Shown: positions 25,963-40,142 of the stretch, piece after piece
Layout: each line of letters begins with the position of its first letter
How positions within the stretch are numbered: the stretch's first letter is position 1
Source: Chiloscyllium plagiosum
Taxonomy: Eukaryota
NCBI RefSeq assembly: GCF_004010195.1
Contig: NC_057734.1
Coordinates: forward strand, 45,271,605-45,335,604
Direction: 5' to 3'
Length of the DNA: 64,000 nucleotides
Program-made: the position numbers and the translations under genes
Notes under the pieces: generated by a model
Database searches by the model: none
Told to the model about the DNA's origin: nothing
The model's input: only the letters and a program-made list of their open reading frames with translations

Positions 25963-27073
25963 CATGAGTTTCAGTATATAGTTTAATCCGAGAAAGGTTA
26001 AAGGTGACAGACTGGTTGGGTTTTCGTTTTGAAGAAGCAAAGCTGACAGTCAATGATAAGCTGCAGTGATACATTGGGTAGGACCGAATTTACAGAGAAC
26101 AAAACAATTTATGCCTTTTCTAGTTTCTTAATGGCAGGCAGAATAACGCAATATCTACAACACTTTATACAGCTCCATGGCTCTCTATTGAGATATCAAG
26201 GTGCCGGCAACCATTAAATAGCATTATGAAAACATGAACCTATGTTAAATTTGTTCTGAAGTGCTATCATGTGAAGAAATTGTGATCCGTTTTATTATAA
26301 GTGATACAGTCAGCTTTTGCTCATGTAAAACAAGTAACTGATGGACATCTCCCATCTCTCCTTGGCATTACGATGGCATTACATCCTTACTAACAATAAC
26401 CATTGGATTACAGTTGAGAAGAAATTGAACTGGAGCAGCCATATGCAGGGCATAGACTGGGAAACTTGCAGCGAAATACGCACTTCCGATTCCCCTAAAT
26501 CTTGTCGGCCATTCAAATGCAGTTTCAACAGTACTCCAGCAGCTCCACGCCAGGCACCCCATTTACCATCTCAAACACTGTATCATGTACAAAATGTTTT
26601 GCATCAATTCACCAAGGGTTGGACAACTGCATCCTCTACCACCCGGAAGGACATGGATAGCAGATATGTAGGTATAAAACCGCCTGCAAGTTGCCTCCAA
26701 GACACACGCCAACCTGTTCTGGAACCATATTACCGTTTATTAATTGTGGCTGTTTCTAACTGCAGAAGCTCCCTCTACGTTTACACCCTCATGAAATCTG
26801 CTCGCCACCACGTTCTCCAGATCAATTAGGGATGGGCAATGGATGCTAACCGAGCCAGTGACACCGCCTTACACCAGCCTCCTCCACCCCTTCATGCCCC
26901 ACACTTTCCTCACCCCAACCCCGCCACACATACAGACACATCGCACGAAAGAATGAGTGATTAAGAAGGCATTTTTAATCCTGAAATCAACAGAGATGCC
27001 AACAGAAAAGTATAAATAGATTGTCCGCCCAGTAGCAGCCGTTTTACTCCTCCAACAAATCTTTAAATCTCAC

Positions 27074-27260
27074 GATTTGGAGATGTCGTTGGTGGACTGG
27101 GGTGTACAAAGTTAAAAATCACACAGCACCAGGTTATAGTCCAACAGCTCTAATTGGAAGCACTAGCTTTCGGAGCGCGGCTCCTTCAGCAGAAAGCTCC
27201 GGAAGCTAGTGCTTCCAATTAAACGTTTTGGACTATAACCTAGTGTTGTGTGATTTTTAA
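27074..27260. mobile_element. Short palindromic Penelope-like-derived element (AGCT hammerhead family)
   Basis: Inverted arms around ~27190; TSD ctt(t/a)aaatctcac at 27061-27073 and 27261-27273. Confidence 0.8.
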
Positions 27261-27899
27261 CTTAAAATCTCACCGATGCGCGCTCCTTGAATGGGAGATT
27301 TAGATCTATATTACCTCGAGCAAGAAGTATGTCTACAAGATGTTTTGCGGGGTTAGATTCCCAATTCCACTAACGCTGCACAGAATTGTAACTTTGATTG
27401 TGTTTTGCCCTTCGCTGATCACTGATATTGAAATAACCAGCAAATGAGATCAGATTCCCACAGCCTGTATGTAGTGCACATTCTCAATGCACTAAACTAC
27501 CTGAAAATGTCAATAACCGGAGTGCAATAGGATGAGGTATTTCGTGCTCCTGAGCTCACGCTCACCTCTGCGTTCATTTTAACCACACTCTGCGCTGCTT
27601 CACCAGGATTTGTTCAGTAAAGACCACGAAAAGTCCGGGCTGATTTCATTGCCCCGGGCTGATTTCATTGCCACCCTGCACACACCTCTTCAGATAAGTG
27701 TTTCCTGCCTTTTTTGTTGTCGTCTTGTGAAATCAAAGCTTTCCATTGGGTGCTCCGCAATTAGCCAACAGGCAACAAATGAAGCAATTCCTAGTTGCTT
27801 TAACTACACCCAACGCGTTCAGTTTTTCCATTGCAACTCAAAGCCGCTATATTCAATGCAACAATAGCCGCAGCTAACAAAGCTGGACTCCTAACATCT

Positions 27900-28200
27900 T
27901 CCACCCCTCCAAACACAATAAATACAGCGTCCCCCTTGTCCTCACTTTCCACTCCACCTGCATCCGCATCCAACGGATCATCCTTAAACACTTCCGCCAA
28001 TTCCAATTAGACCCCACCACTCAGAACATCTTCTCCTCCCCACCCCTCTCTACCTGCCGCAAGGACCGTTCCCTTTGCCAAACATTGGTTTGCACCCCAC
28101 TCCTCACCAACCTCCTGTGACAGCTACCCAATGAAGGAGCAGTGCGTTGAAAGCTGGTGTTTCCAAATAAACCTGTTGGACTGTAATCTGCTCTTGTGTA
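27900..28200 (+). mobile_element. Penelope-like element fragment
   Basis: Similar to 51790-51950 (PLVLTFH..RIILKHFRQ...DPTT); followed by a terminal-repeat remnant. Confidence 0.65.
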
Positions 28201-28559
28201 GCCTCACACAATTCCCCCTGCTGTTCCATTCTATGATGCCTCCCTTCCTACTTCAAAACAGTTTCTATATCACTGTTGTGGAAAACCAATGGTTCTGTCC
28301 TTTGAACAATATTCCTCTACTGAGTCGCTGTCACTGCTCAATCACCGCTGTCACCAGCTGATGTAGCCATTGACTCTCTGGACTTCTCAGAGGTGAAAGT
28401 TTGTAATTACTAGATGCAACAACTAATTTTCTTGTTCAGTCTTGATTTTTATTGTTTCAGCTAGTGACACCCTCCTTGTTCATCCGAACATTAGATTGAG
28501 TACTGTTGGTGATCCCCAAATTGCCTTGTTGGGTGAGCTAACTCAGGAACGTTTCCTGC

Positions 28560-29775
28560 CCCCGGGAGTAGCCAAGAGAAGTGGGAAACAGGAAGATTGG
28601 GAAAACTTTAAAAAGCAACAAAGAACCATGAAGCAAGAAATAAAGAAAGGAAAGATAGATTATGTAAACGAGCGCAGAATATAAAAACAGGTAAGAAATG
28701 TTGTTGTAAATTTATGAAATGGAAAAGGGTTGCTAAAGTGAGTGTAGATGTCTTGCAGGATGAGAAACGGGAATTAATATTAGAGTCCTAGGGTGCTGAA
28801 ATAAATGGTGGAAGTTCTAGTAAATACGTTAGTGGTAATTTATCGAAATTTACTGGGCTCCAGGCAGGTCCCGGCAAACCCGAAAACAGTAAATGTCACG
28901 CAGCAGTTTAAAAAAGGGTGTAGGCAAAAGGAAGGTAACTATGAGCCAGTTAGCTTAACAGCTGTAGTCAGGAAAATGCTGGAGGCTGTCACTAAAGAAG
29001 GAATAGTGAGACATCTGGATGGAAAATGTTCCATCAGGTAGACGCAGCATGGATTCAGGAAGGGGGGGAGGTCATGTTTGACAAACTTGCTGGGGTTCTG
29101 TGAGGATGTAACAAGTGTGGCCGATGGAGCGGAACAGGTTGATGTTTTATACTTGGATTTCCAGAAGGCGTTTGATAAGGTGCCACATAAAAAAAACTCA
29201 TCCATGAGATAAGAATGCATGGAGTTGTGGGAATGTACTAGCATAGATAGAGGACTGGTTAACCAATAGAAAGCAGAGAATTGGGATAAATGGATGTTTC
29301 TCTGGTTGGAGATCAGTCCTGAGCGGAGTGCCACAGTGGTCAGTGTTGGGCCCACAGTTGTTCATGATATGTATAAATGATTTGGAAGAGGAGACTGAGT
29401 GTAATGTATCCAAGTTTGCTAATGACACTAAATTGAGTGGAAAGGCAAACCGTGCAGAGGATGATTTAGATAGGTTAATTGAGAGGGCATGGGTCTGGCA
29501 GATGGAGTACAATGTTGGTTAATGTGAGGTTATCCGTTTTGGGAGTAAAAATACTAGGTCAGATCATTATTTAAAGTGTGAAAGATTGCAGCATGCTGTT
29601 GTGCAGAGGGACTTAGGAGTGCTCGTACATGAATCACTGAAAGTTGAGTTGCAGGTGCAACGGGGAATCAGGAAGGCAAGTGAAATATTGGCTTTCATTG
29701 CGAGAGGGATTATATTTAAGAGCAGGGAGGTACTGCTGCAATTGTACAAGGTGTTGGTGAAGCTCCCACCTGGAG

Positions 29776-29816
<41 letters not shown>

Positions 29817-30380
29817 CCCACCTGGAGTATTGTGTGCAGTTCTGGTCTCCTTACTTGAGAAAGGATATACTGGCTTTGGAGGTGGTGCAGAGGAGGTTCA
29901 CCAGGTTGATTCCAGAGATGAGGGAGTTATACTATGAAGAGAGGTTGAGCTGCCTGGAACTGTACTTGCTAGAATTTAGGAGAATGAGAGGGGATCTTAT
30001 AGAAACATATAAAATTGTGAAAGGGTTAGATAAGATAGAGGCATGCATGTTGTTTCCATTAGTGGGTGAGACACGGACTAGGGGAAATGGCCTCAAGATT
30101 ATGAGGAGTAGATTTACGACAGCGGTAAGGAGGAACAGCTTTTCCCAAAGAGTAGTGAATCTATGGAATTCTCTGCCCAAGGAAGCAGTAGAGACAGCTT
30201 CATTAAATATATTCAGGACACAGTTGGATGGTTTTGCTATGGTAGGGGAATTAAGGGTTATGGTGATGATGCAGGAGCTGAGACAATGGATAGATCAGCC
30301 ATAATCATAATGAATGGCAGAGCAGGCTCAACAGCCAAATGGCCTACTCCTGCTTCTGTTACTGTGAAACTATGAAACAA
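28560..30380 (+). mobile_element. CR1 LINE ORF2 fragment
   Basis: NYEPVSLT, GVPQWSVLGPQLF, SKFANDTKL, RTRGNG motifs. Confidence 0.9.
29776..29813 (+). repeat. Poly-C tract (C38)
   Basis: Homopolymer flanked by a duplicated cccacctggag. Confidence 0.9.
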
Positions 30381-30654
30381 TGACTGGGAGCAGGTTCTGA
30401 GATGTCACAAAGCCCTCAGAATCTGGTCTGAAATATGGGACTATGGTTTCAGTATTTCTGCATTGGGAATTTGCACCCCCAGTTGTGGGAATACACTCAA
30501 GTAAAGAGCACACTGTAGGTTAAAGCTTTGCACTTGGTTTCTAATTATCATTAAGAGAAAAAACAAACCTGCGGGAATACTTGCAGTAAACCTTCAGAAC
30601 AAATCACTGGCCCGATTCAAAGTGATCTGAAACTAGGCATGAATGCTCTGCTCA

Positions 30655-31355
30655 ACGTCACAAGGATTGGTGCTGGGTCTACTGTTTTTGGTCATTTATA
30701 TAAGTGATTTGGATGTGAACATAGATGGTATAGTTAGTAAGTTTGCAGATGACACCAAAATTGGAGGTGTTGTGGACAGCGAGGAGTACAACAGGATCTT
30801 GATCCAATGGGCTAATGAGTGGCAAATGGAGTTCAATTTGGATAAATGTGAGGTCCTGTGTTTTGGAAAGACAAATCAGGACAGGACTTATATAATTAAT
30901 GCTGAGAGTGTGTTGCTGGAAAAGCACAGCGGGTCAGGCAACATTCAAGGAGCAGGAAAATCAATGTTTCGGGCCAGAGCCTTTCATCATTCATCATGAT
31001 GGGCTCCCGCCCAAAATGTCGATTTTCCTGCTTCTCGGATGCTGCCTGACCCACTGTGCGTTTCCAGCAACACACTCTCAACTTGGATCTCCAGCATCTG
31101 CAAACCTCACTATCTCTTTATAAACTTAATGGTAAGATTCTGGGGAGTATTGCTGAACAAAGAGACCTTGGAGTACATAGTTTCTTGAAAGTGGAGGCAC
31201 AAGCAAAGAGGGTAGTGAAGAAGGCATTTGGTATGCTTTCGTTAAGTCGCATGTAGATGGGATAACAAAGTAGGCATTTGGTATGCTTTCCTTTATTTGA
31301 CAGAGCACAGAGTATAGCAGTTGGGAGGTCATGCTGTGGCTGTACAGGATATTGA
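30655..31355 (+). mobile_element. CR1 LINE RT fragment
   Basis: SKFADDTKIGG; interrupted by a palindromic element. Confidence 0.8.
30902..31117. mobile_element. Short palindromic Penelope-like-derived element
   Basis: ~90-bp inverted arms around ~30990; degenerate ~14-bp TSD ttata(ta/aa)(a/c)ttaatg at 30888-30901 and 31118-31131. Confidence 0.8.
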
Positions 31356-32334
31356 TTAACTGATGTGAACCAGCTGAAAACAAATTTCTCCCTATTTGTT
31401 TATTGTTTATTGGATAACGTTGGCATTGTTATTGATACATCCAATTAAATGACAGAATTTGCTGGCTAATCAAGCAGTATCCCACTTTTCATGGATTGGA
31501 CTCACTAACCTGGACAAAGAAGGTGTGTGGCTTTGGAAAGATGTGGAAAGCTCTTTAAGTATGAAGATGAAAGTAAATACATCGTGTCCCTTTTAATAAG
31601 CGATTAACTTTAGGACAAATAGTCAGTGTTACTTTCAGTGAGCTTAGAATTTATCAGATTCAGACACACCTGCCTGGTTAGCACACAGTTTTGGTTTTGA
31701 TAACTAAGTACCGGAAGTCAACTTAACCTGGTGCTAAGCCAGGCAGAAGCAGGTTTCTAGACTAAATCTATTAGAGCTGTCTATTGTGGTCTAATGGCCA
31801 ACAAATGTGGATTCATTGCACCCATATCCAGAGTCATTGTGTGATGTACTTGGCGGACACAGCAGTAAGTCTTGCAATGACTTGAAAACTGAGGGAGACA
31901 GCACAAAGGCTTTTGGAAATTACACAGGAGGTTCTAATGGAAGAGGTCCAGAAGGATGTCCGAGATCAATTGGAGGGAAGCATACCAACTAGCTTTCCTC
32001 ATTGTCCTCGTCCTACTGTCCCACAATCCTATAGTGGCTGCTTTTCCTGGCCTCATGTCCTCTTCTCAACCTTCATCCACACCAAAATAGGCCTTAAAGA
32101 AACTGCCTGGAATACATACCCTGTTTCCTGAGGTTTCACAAGGTGTTCAGTACAATGGAATAATGCAGCACTTGCTCTTTTTTAGAGAAATTCTCAGAGA
32201 ATTCACAATGGAGCTTATTCAAGGAACAGTTACTGTGGATTCTTGATAAGTGTGTACTGTTCAGGCAGGGAGAAAGTTGTCGAACATGGGAGCTGTGGTC
32301 TACTATAGAAGTTGAATCTCTCTTCATTAGGAAG

Positions 32335-33905
32335 AAGAAGGATTATGTGATGGCTCATTTAGGGCGCTTGAGAGTTACAAGTTAGCCAGGAAAGACCTAA
32401 AGAGAGAGCTAAGAAGAGCCAGGAGAGGGCGTGAGAAGTTCTTGGTGGATAGGATCAAGGAAAATCATAAGGCTTTCTACAGGTATTTCAGGAATAAAAG
32501 AATGACTAGAGTAAGATTAGGGCCAATCACGGAAATTAGTGGGAAGTTCTGTGTGTAGTCAAAGGAGATAGGGGAAGCACTAAATGAATACTTTTTGTCA
32601 GAATTCACACTGGAAAAAGACAATGTTGTCGAGGAGAATACAGAGATACAGGCTGCTAGACTGGATGGGATTGAGGTTCACAAGGAGGAGGGGTTAGCAA
32701 TTCTGGAAAGTGTAAAAATAGACAAGTCCCTGGGCCAGATGGGATTTATCCCATGATTCTGTGGGAAGCCTTTGGCTTTGATCTTTATGTTGTCATTGTC
32801 TACAGGAAAAGTGCCAGACAACTGGAGGTTAGCAAATGTTGTTCCCTTATTCAAGAAGGGGAGTAGAGACACCCCTGGTAATTACAAACCAGTGAGCCTT
32901 ATTTTGGTTGTGGGTAAAGTGATGGAAAGGGTTATAAGAGATAGGATTTATAATTGTCTAGAAAGGAATAAGTTGATTAGGGGCAGTTATCGCGGTTTTG
33001 TGGAGGGTAGGTCACACCTCACAAACCTTACTGAGTTCTGTGAGAAGGTGACCAAACAGGTCGATGAGGGTAAAGCGGTTGATGTGGTGTGTATGGATTT
33101 CAGTAAGGCATTTGATAAGGTTCCCCAAGATAGGCTATTGCACAAAATACAGAGGCAAAGGATTGAGTGTGATTTAGTGGTTTAGATCAGAAATTGGCTA
33201 GCTAAAAGAAGACAGAGGGTGGTAGTTGATAGGAAATACTCAACCTGGAGTTCAGTTACTCATGTGTACCGCAAGGATTTCTTTTGGGGTCACTGCTGTT
33301 TGCCATCTGTAGATGAGCAGAGAGATCTCGGTGTCCATGCACATAGATCCCTGAAAGTTCCCACCTACGTTGATAGGGTTGTTAAGAAGGCATACGGTGT
33401 GTTAGCTTTTATTGGTAGAGGGATTGAATTTCAAACCATGAGGTCATCCTGCAGCTGAACAAAACTCTGATGTGGCCGCACTTGGAGTATTGCATACAGT
33501 TCTGGTCACCAAATTATAGGAAGGATGTGGAAGCTTTGGAAAGGGTTCAGAGGAGATTTACTAGGATGTTGCCTGGTATAGAGGGAAGGTCTTATGAGGA
33601 AAGGCTAAGAGGTGACTTAATTGAGGCATATAAGATAATCAGAGAGTTATATAGGTTGGGCAGTGAGAGCCTTTTTCCTCAGGTGGCAATGGCTAGCACG
33701 AGGGGGCATAGCTTTCAGTTGAGAGGTGATAGATATAGGACACATGTCAGAGGTAGTTTCTTTACTCAGAGAATAGTAGTGGCGTGGAACGCACTGTCTG
33801 CAACCATAGGAGACTCGCCAACTTTAAGGGCATTTGAATGGTCATTGGATAGGCATATGGACAAGAATGGAATAGTGTAGGATAGATGGGCTTCAGACTG
33901 GTTTC
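32335..33905 (+). mobile_element. CR1 LINE ORF2 fragment with internal deletions
   Basis: NYKPVSLI, MDFSKAFDKVP, PHLEYCIQFWSP. Confidence 0.9.
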
Positions 33906-34944
33906 TCAGCAGATATTCTAAGTAACACACAACTCATTAAAAAACACTAGATGAATATTCCTAACATAGGCTTCAGCTGCTTTCCCAAGTATATGGGTTA
34001 AATCTAACCATTTTTTGTCTAAATCTCATTTTCAGGAAGTTGACCAGGGGAATAAGATATTTAGCAATGACTAGGAATATACACCTATTTCTTATGTTTG
34101 TATGAAATCAGATTGCAATTTATGAGATGCCTATGTGATGAAAATGGTAATAAAATACTGAGTTTTTCTGTCCTGTTCAGAAAATATTCTAGTTAGAGTA
34201 GAGTACACTCTGCATTCATTTAATTGAATGACTGTAAACTTGTGCTCAGATTTCTGTGATATGACAATGAACCACAGCTAGCTGAAACATGTGCTGTCTG
34301 AACCCTATTATTTGACCAAAAATGTTGCCACATTTTCAAGCACCATTTAATAATGCTCCCAGGTGTGTATGCTGTTTACTTTGAATCTTCCAGAGTTTGG
34401 AGTATCTGTGTCCCCATCCCACTCTTTATCAGATACTGACTGAACATCAGTTGTACTTGTGCTATGGGCTCTGACTTCATCAAAGTCTTAAACCTCAGAA
34501 ATAATCGCTTAGTCTGCTGAAGATATGGGAATTTCATTTTGAACCTGATTGAAGCAAGTATTAGAGTCTGCTGAAGATATTTTCCTAATCAACCTGCAAT
34601 ACGTAATGATACATCTCTTGAACCCAGACCTTCTGACTAAGAGGCAGGGGCATTACCATTGTATCACAAGAGTCCCTCAACTCCAATGTTATCCTGAGGA
34701 AATTTCTGATTTAAGCACTGTAGGGCTTGACCAGGAAGTTTAGCGATCTGGAGACTTAATTTTGGTTTATATAGGCACTTTTTCTCAACTTACTCTGAAA
34801 CAAATTCAAAAATAAGTATAGATTCTATATCAAAATTAGAACACACGAAACTGGCTGGTAATTGTGGCGTTTTACAATCAGTAATTCCCCTCCCCTCAAT
34901 GACCGCTAGAGGGAGCCAGACTCTAGGAAATGGAAGGAGTAAAT

Positions 34945-35990
34945 GACTCAGATGCTGGATTTCGTACTGAAAACAACAAATGTGAGAGATCACAGCAGGT
35001 CAGACAGCATCCATGGAGAGAAAGCAAGCGAATATTTCGATCTAGATGTCTCTTTCTTAGAGCTGAAGTGAATTATGGAGGGGACAGCATTTATGCTATA
35101 GTTTGGGGGTGGTTGTGGGAGTAGTGGGTATAGGAGAAAAGAAGGGGGAGAAAATATGTTGACAGTTCAGATTCAGTAATCAGAATGTGAGAATGGCAGA
35201 GCAATGGTGTATCTAACTGACAGACTGGAAAGAACAGGCAGTCCCACTGGGGTAGAGGGAGGGGAGAGAGGACATGATAACAGAATGGAACATATAAAGC
35301 TAAAAGGGAAGAAATGGGAAAAGGTTCACAATTTGAAGGTGTTGAACTCAATATAGTGTTAAGTCCAGAAGGTTGTAAGATGCCTAGTCTAAGATGAGAT
35401 GTTGTTCTCAGTTTGTGTTGTGATTCACTGGAGCAATGCAGCATGCCAAGGACAGACTGCCTTCCATTTCTTTTAGCTTTACTCTGGCATCATGTCCTTT
35501 CTCCCTTCCCCCGACCCCGGTGGGACTGTCTGTTCTTTCCAGTTAGAGACAAAAAAACTGTGGATGCTGGAATCCAAAATAGACAGGCAGGAGAACACAG
35601 CAAGCCAGGCAGCATCAGGAAGTGGAGAAGTCGACATTTCAGGTATAACCCTTCTTTGGGTCCCAAAATGTCAACTTCTCCACCTCCTGATGCTGCCTGG
35701 TTTGCTGTGTTCTTCCAGCCTCCTGCCTGTTCTTTCTGGCAGTTAGACATACCATTGTTCTGCCCTTCTCACATTCCAGTCACTTAATCTGAACTATCAA
35801 CATCCCTTCTCTCCAAGCACCACACTACCATTACCGCCCCTGACCAAATTATAGCATTAATGCTGTCCCCACCACACATCACTTCACTTTAACTCTGGTG
35901 ATGAGTCACCTAGACTCAAAATGTTAGCTTGCTTTCTCTCATGGATACTGTCTGATTTGCTGTGATCTCCAGCATTTGTTGTTTTCAGTC
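34945..35990. mobile_element. Large inverted-repeat Penelope-like-derived element with a nested short palindrome (~35547-35730)
   Basis: 34965-35320 is the reverse complement of 35460-35990; the same family occurs at 44195-44988. Confidence 0.7.
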
Positions 35991-36279
35991 CAGGAAATGA
36001 CCTCCAGCTAAAGGAGGAAAATCAGGCAAGAATATTTTCTTCACCATAATCATCTAAATCCTTTCTTCGCATAGCTAGGTTGTAATTTCCAGAGGTATAA
36101 AGGTCCTGGTGAATTTCCTCTGGAAATATTCCCTTTACCATGATTATTTAAGTTTTAAGTATGCATGAATTTGTCATAAAATAGCTAGCAATCTATTTAT
36201 ACAAAGAATATAAAATACCCAGCGAAATAAATCTTGCAAATGAAGTGTAATTAGTTCTTACTTCTGAGAGAGATTTCTG

Positions 36280-39200
36280 GCATATCAGGGAGGGGGAGTG
36301 TTACCTGGACTCAGTGTTTCAGGAGGCAGTGATACTCCTTAGATTAACTACAGTCGTCAGGGACAGGAGGGTGTGACTATGAGTGAGGTGTTCAAGGGAT
36401 CCAGGAGATGCTGCTGAAGGAGCCTCAACCCTTGAGATTTTCTAACAGGTTTGAGATTCTTGCTCCCTGTACTGCTGAGAGCGGGAACTGAAGGGAAGAT
36501 GAGCAAACTAACCAAAGCACTATGGTTCAGGGAACCATTCAAGAGGGGAGAGTAAAGAGAAATGTAATTGTAATCAAGGATAGTATAGTCAGGGGAATAG
36601 ACATTGCTCTCTGTGGTCAGGATTGAGAGTCCTGAAGACTGTGTTGCTTACCTAGTTCGCGATATCTCATCTGGGCTGCAGAGGAACTTGGAGTGGGCGG
36701 AGAACTATCCAGTTGTAATAGTCTACATAGACACCAACCATATCAGTAGAAAGAGGAAAGAAGTTCTGCGGAGGGAAAATGAGCATCTAGGGGCTAAGTT
36801 AAAAAGCAGAACCACAAATGTAATAATCTTTGGATTATAACCTGAACCACAAGCTAATTGGCACAGGGTCAACAAGATTAAAGAGGCTGAAAGATTAGTG
36901 TTGGAGAAAGGGGTTCAAATTCATGGGACATTGGCACCAGTACTGGGGAAGGAGGGAGCTGTTCTGATGTTATGGGCTCCACTGGAATCATGCTGGGTCC
37001 AGTGTCCTGGTGAATAGTATAACTAAGGCTGCAGGTAGGGCTTCAAATTAAATAGTGGAGGGGGAGGGTTTAAATACATGGAAAGTTATGGAACAAGGGA
37101 GCGGGATAGGGCTCAGCAGAGATTATTAATTTTACCAGAACAAGTAATAGGACAGAGAGTATGGAAATGCTCAGGAATCTAAATTTCAGGCATAGCAGAC
37201 AAGAGGACAACTGTGAGAAAGGGGGCAGTCAATGCAGGACTGAGGGTGTTGCACTTAAATGCATGCAGTATATAAAACAAGGTAAATGAGCTTGTACTGC
37301 AGATGGAAATCACTAGGTACAATGTTGTGGTCATCACAGAGACTTGGCTGCAAGGAGATCAGGATTGGGAACTAAATTGATTGATTGGTGCAGTTATTGT
37401 CCCACTTTTATTTGCAAATACAGTGAAAATATTGTACAATGTCAGCATAAAAATAGAAGTTCAACATTATAGTCATTCATAAGTACATAGCCTTGGGCCT
37501 GGATTCAGGCTCTTCCACCCCAACATGAAGCAGTCAGCTAGCCTGGAGTACCTTCGTCATGCCACTGCTGCAGTACAGTTGCCATTCGTCAGTGCCATCT
37601 TGACTCTACTGTTGCCACTGCCCACCCTGAGTCTGCACTGGGCTAATCTCAGCAATGCAGCCCTTGCTGAAGTTGCCGAGTCTCATACCAGACACTCAGC
37701 CCAAACCCGCCTCCCTCTGACACCCCTGTGAACACAACACAAACTCAACTCCCCCCACCGCTGGAGGGAACACAATCTTGCCTCCGATGCACTGGACCCC
37801 TCGATACCGTCAGAGCTCTGAAAACATTCTGAGCTCCTTAAATCTTCAATGGGCTTACAAAATTAAAACTCACACAACACCAGGTTATAGTCCAACAGGT
37901 TTAATTTGACGCATTAGCTTTCGGAGCGCTGCTCATACATCAGGTGGTGATGAAGAAGCAGCGCTCCAAAAACTAGTGCTTCCAATTAAACCTGTTGGAC
38001 TATAACCTGGTGTCATGTGATTTTTAATTTTGTACACCCCAGTCCAACACCGGCATCTGCATTCACATGGCAACTACACCAAAGAATACACATCCTATTG
38101 CAGGGACAAGCAGATGGGCAGAGGGGCGGGGTTGCCTTGTTAGTAAGACATGAAATTAAATCAATAGCAAGAAGTGATATAGAATCAGAAGGCGTAGAAT
38201 CTGTGTGGGCAGAGTTGAGAAACTGCAAAGGGAAAAACGACCCTGAAGGGAGATATGTACGGGGTCCCGAGCAGAAGTCAGGATATGGGACAGAAAATAA
38301 GTCATGACATTAAAAAGGCATGTAAGAAAGGCACTATTATAATAATCAAGGGTGACCTCAATCTGGATTGGGATAATTAGGTTGCAGCAGGTCCGAAATA
38401 AAAGAATTTCTGGAATGCCTATGAAATGTTCTTGGGGCAGCTTGTGGAAGAACCCACTAGGGAAGAGGAAATTCTGGATTTGTTGATGTGTAATGATGGG
38501 GACTTGATTAGCGAGCTTAAGTTAAGGTGAACAAACCCCTGGAGGCAGGGCAGTGACCGTAATATAATAGAATTCAACCTGCAGTTTGAGAGGGAGAAGC
38601 TGAAATCAGATGTAATGGTATCAGAATTGTATAAAGGTAATCTAAACAGGATGAGGGATTCTCAGAGTTGGTTGGAATGGCAGTCTAGCAGGAAAGACAG
38701 TGGAGCGGTAATGACAGGAGTTTCTGAGGGTAAATTGGGAGGCAGAGCAGAAATTCATCCCAAGGAAGAAGAAACCTACTAGCAGGAGGAATAGGTAACT
38801 ATGGCTGACAAGGAAAGTATAAAAGCAAAAGAAAAAGGATACAGTGTGGTGAAGATCAGTGGGAAGTCTTTAAAAACCAGAAGAGGATAACTGAAAAAGC
38901 AAAAGGAGGAGAAGATGAAATATAAGGGTAAGTGGCTAGTAATATAAGAGAAGATTGGAAGAATATTTTTAGATATGTATAAGGTAAGAGAGAGAGAGAG
39001 AGGCAAGAATGGAGTTGGGGCCACTGGAAAATGAGGCTGGAGAAGTAGTAATGGGGAACAAAGAAATGGTGGAGGAACTGAATAGGTACCATGCATAAGT
39101 CTTCATGATGGAAGGCCCCAGTAACATACCAGAACTTCAAGAGAGTCGGGTACAGAGGTGAGTGGCAGTCACTAAAGAGAAGGTACTGGGATAGCTAACA

Positions 39201-39570
39201 GGTTTGAAAATGGACAAATCACCCAGACTGAATGGGCTACACCTCAGGCCTCTGAAGGAGACAGCTGAGGAGATAGTGGAGGCAATGATGGTAGTCTTTC
39301 AGGAATCACTGGAGTTAGGGAGGACTGGAAAATGGCTTATGTAACATGCTTGTTTAAGAAGGGAAAGAAGCAGAAGACAGGAAATGTATAGGCCGGTTAG
39401 CCTGAATGCAGTCATTGATAAGATTTTAGAGCCCATTTTATTAAGAATGAGATTGTGGAATACTTGGAAGTGCACAATAAAATAGCATCGCTTTGTCAAG
39501 GAGGAACACCATTGATAAATCTCTAGAATTCTTCAAGGAGGTAATGAGCAAGTTAGACAAAGGAGAGGCA
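36280..39570 (+). mobile_element. Old near-full-length CR1 LINE (ORF1 esterase remnant, APE, start of RT) with insertions
   Basis: VIVYIDTNHISRKRKEVL..LGAKLKSRT (ORF1); LNACSI..VITETWL (APE); RGGVALLV..ESVWAELRN. Confidence 0.8.
37863..38070. mobile_element. Short palindromic Penelope-like-derived element (AGCT hammerhead family)
   Basis: Inverted arms around ~37948, plus tail tgtacaccccagtccaacaccggcatc. Confidence 0.8.
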
Positions 39571-39999
39571 GTATTTCATGCAAAAAGATTTTTTTCGTGA
39601 AGTTAATTTTTTTTTAGTCACTTGTGGAATGTGGGCTTTGTTAACTGGCCAGCATTTATTGTCCATCTGTAGTTGTCTATGTAATCCTAGAAATTTGTTC
39701 TGTGAAACCTTTTGGGCAGGCAGTTCTAAAAGAATAATGGAGAGCATCAAATTCATCTTGTGATAAGAAAGGTAAGCTTATGGAGCAAAGAAGTAGGGAC
39801 ATTCGTGAATTAAGAATGCAAGAACTAAATATAATGAAATGATGGAAGTTGTGAAGCCATTGGTTGTCCTGGTTGATATTTTGTGTACAATTTTTTACAA
39901 AGTTTTTGACAAAATGCCACATATTAGATTGTTAACAAAGTTGAAGCCAAATGCATTAAAATACCGCTCAGAAAAAGAATCGGAAATCATACTACCTAC

Positions 40000-40142
40000 C
40001 ACATCAGACCAAGGCACATAAATAGCAAGTGGGACAAAACACCTGTGCTTCAACAGAGGCTCACTGATGATGTTACCTAGCATGGGGGTGATGAAATATC
40101 TGACAACAAATCTACCAGCTCAGCAAGCAAACCTACAACCTG
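40000..40142 (+). mobile_element. Penelope-like 3' terminal fragment with degenerate hammerhead
   Basis: caCTGATGAtgttacc...ggtgatGAAAtatctg at 40062-40102; related to the 52615-52811 element. Confidence 0.55.

Noticed and set aside
25190-28200. J segment or RSS upstream of the second C exon
   Set aside because: No FGxG motif with donor site and no heptamer-nonamer pair found by eye.
30896-31123. Matching peptides on both strands (also 35490/35492, 61719/61744) as gene pairs
   Set aside because: A by-product of palindromic DNA; no coding signature.
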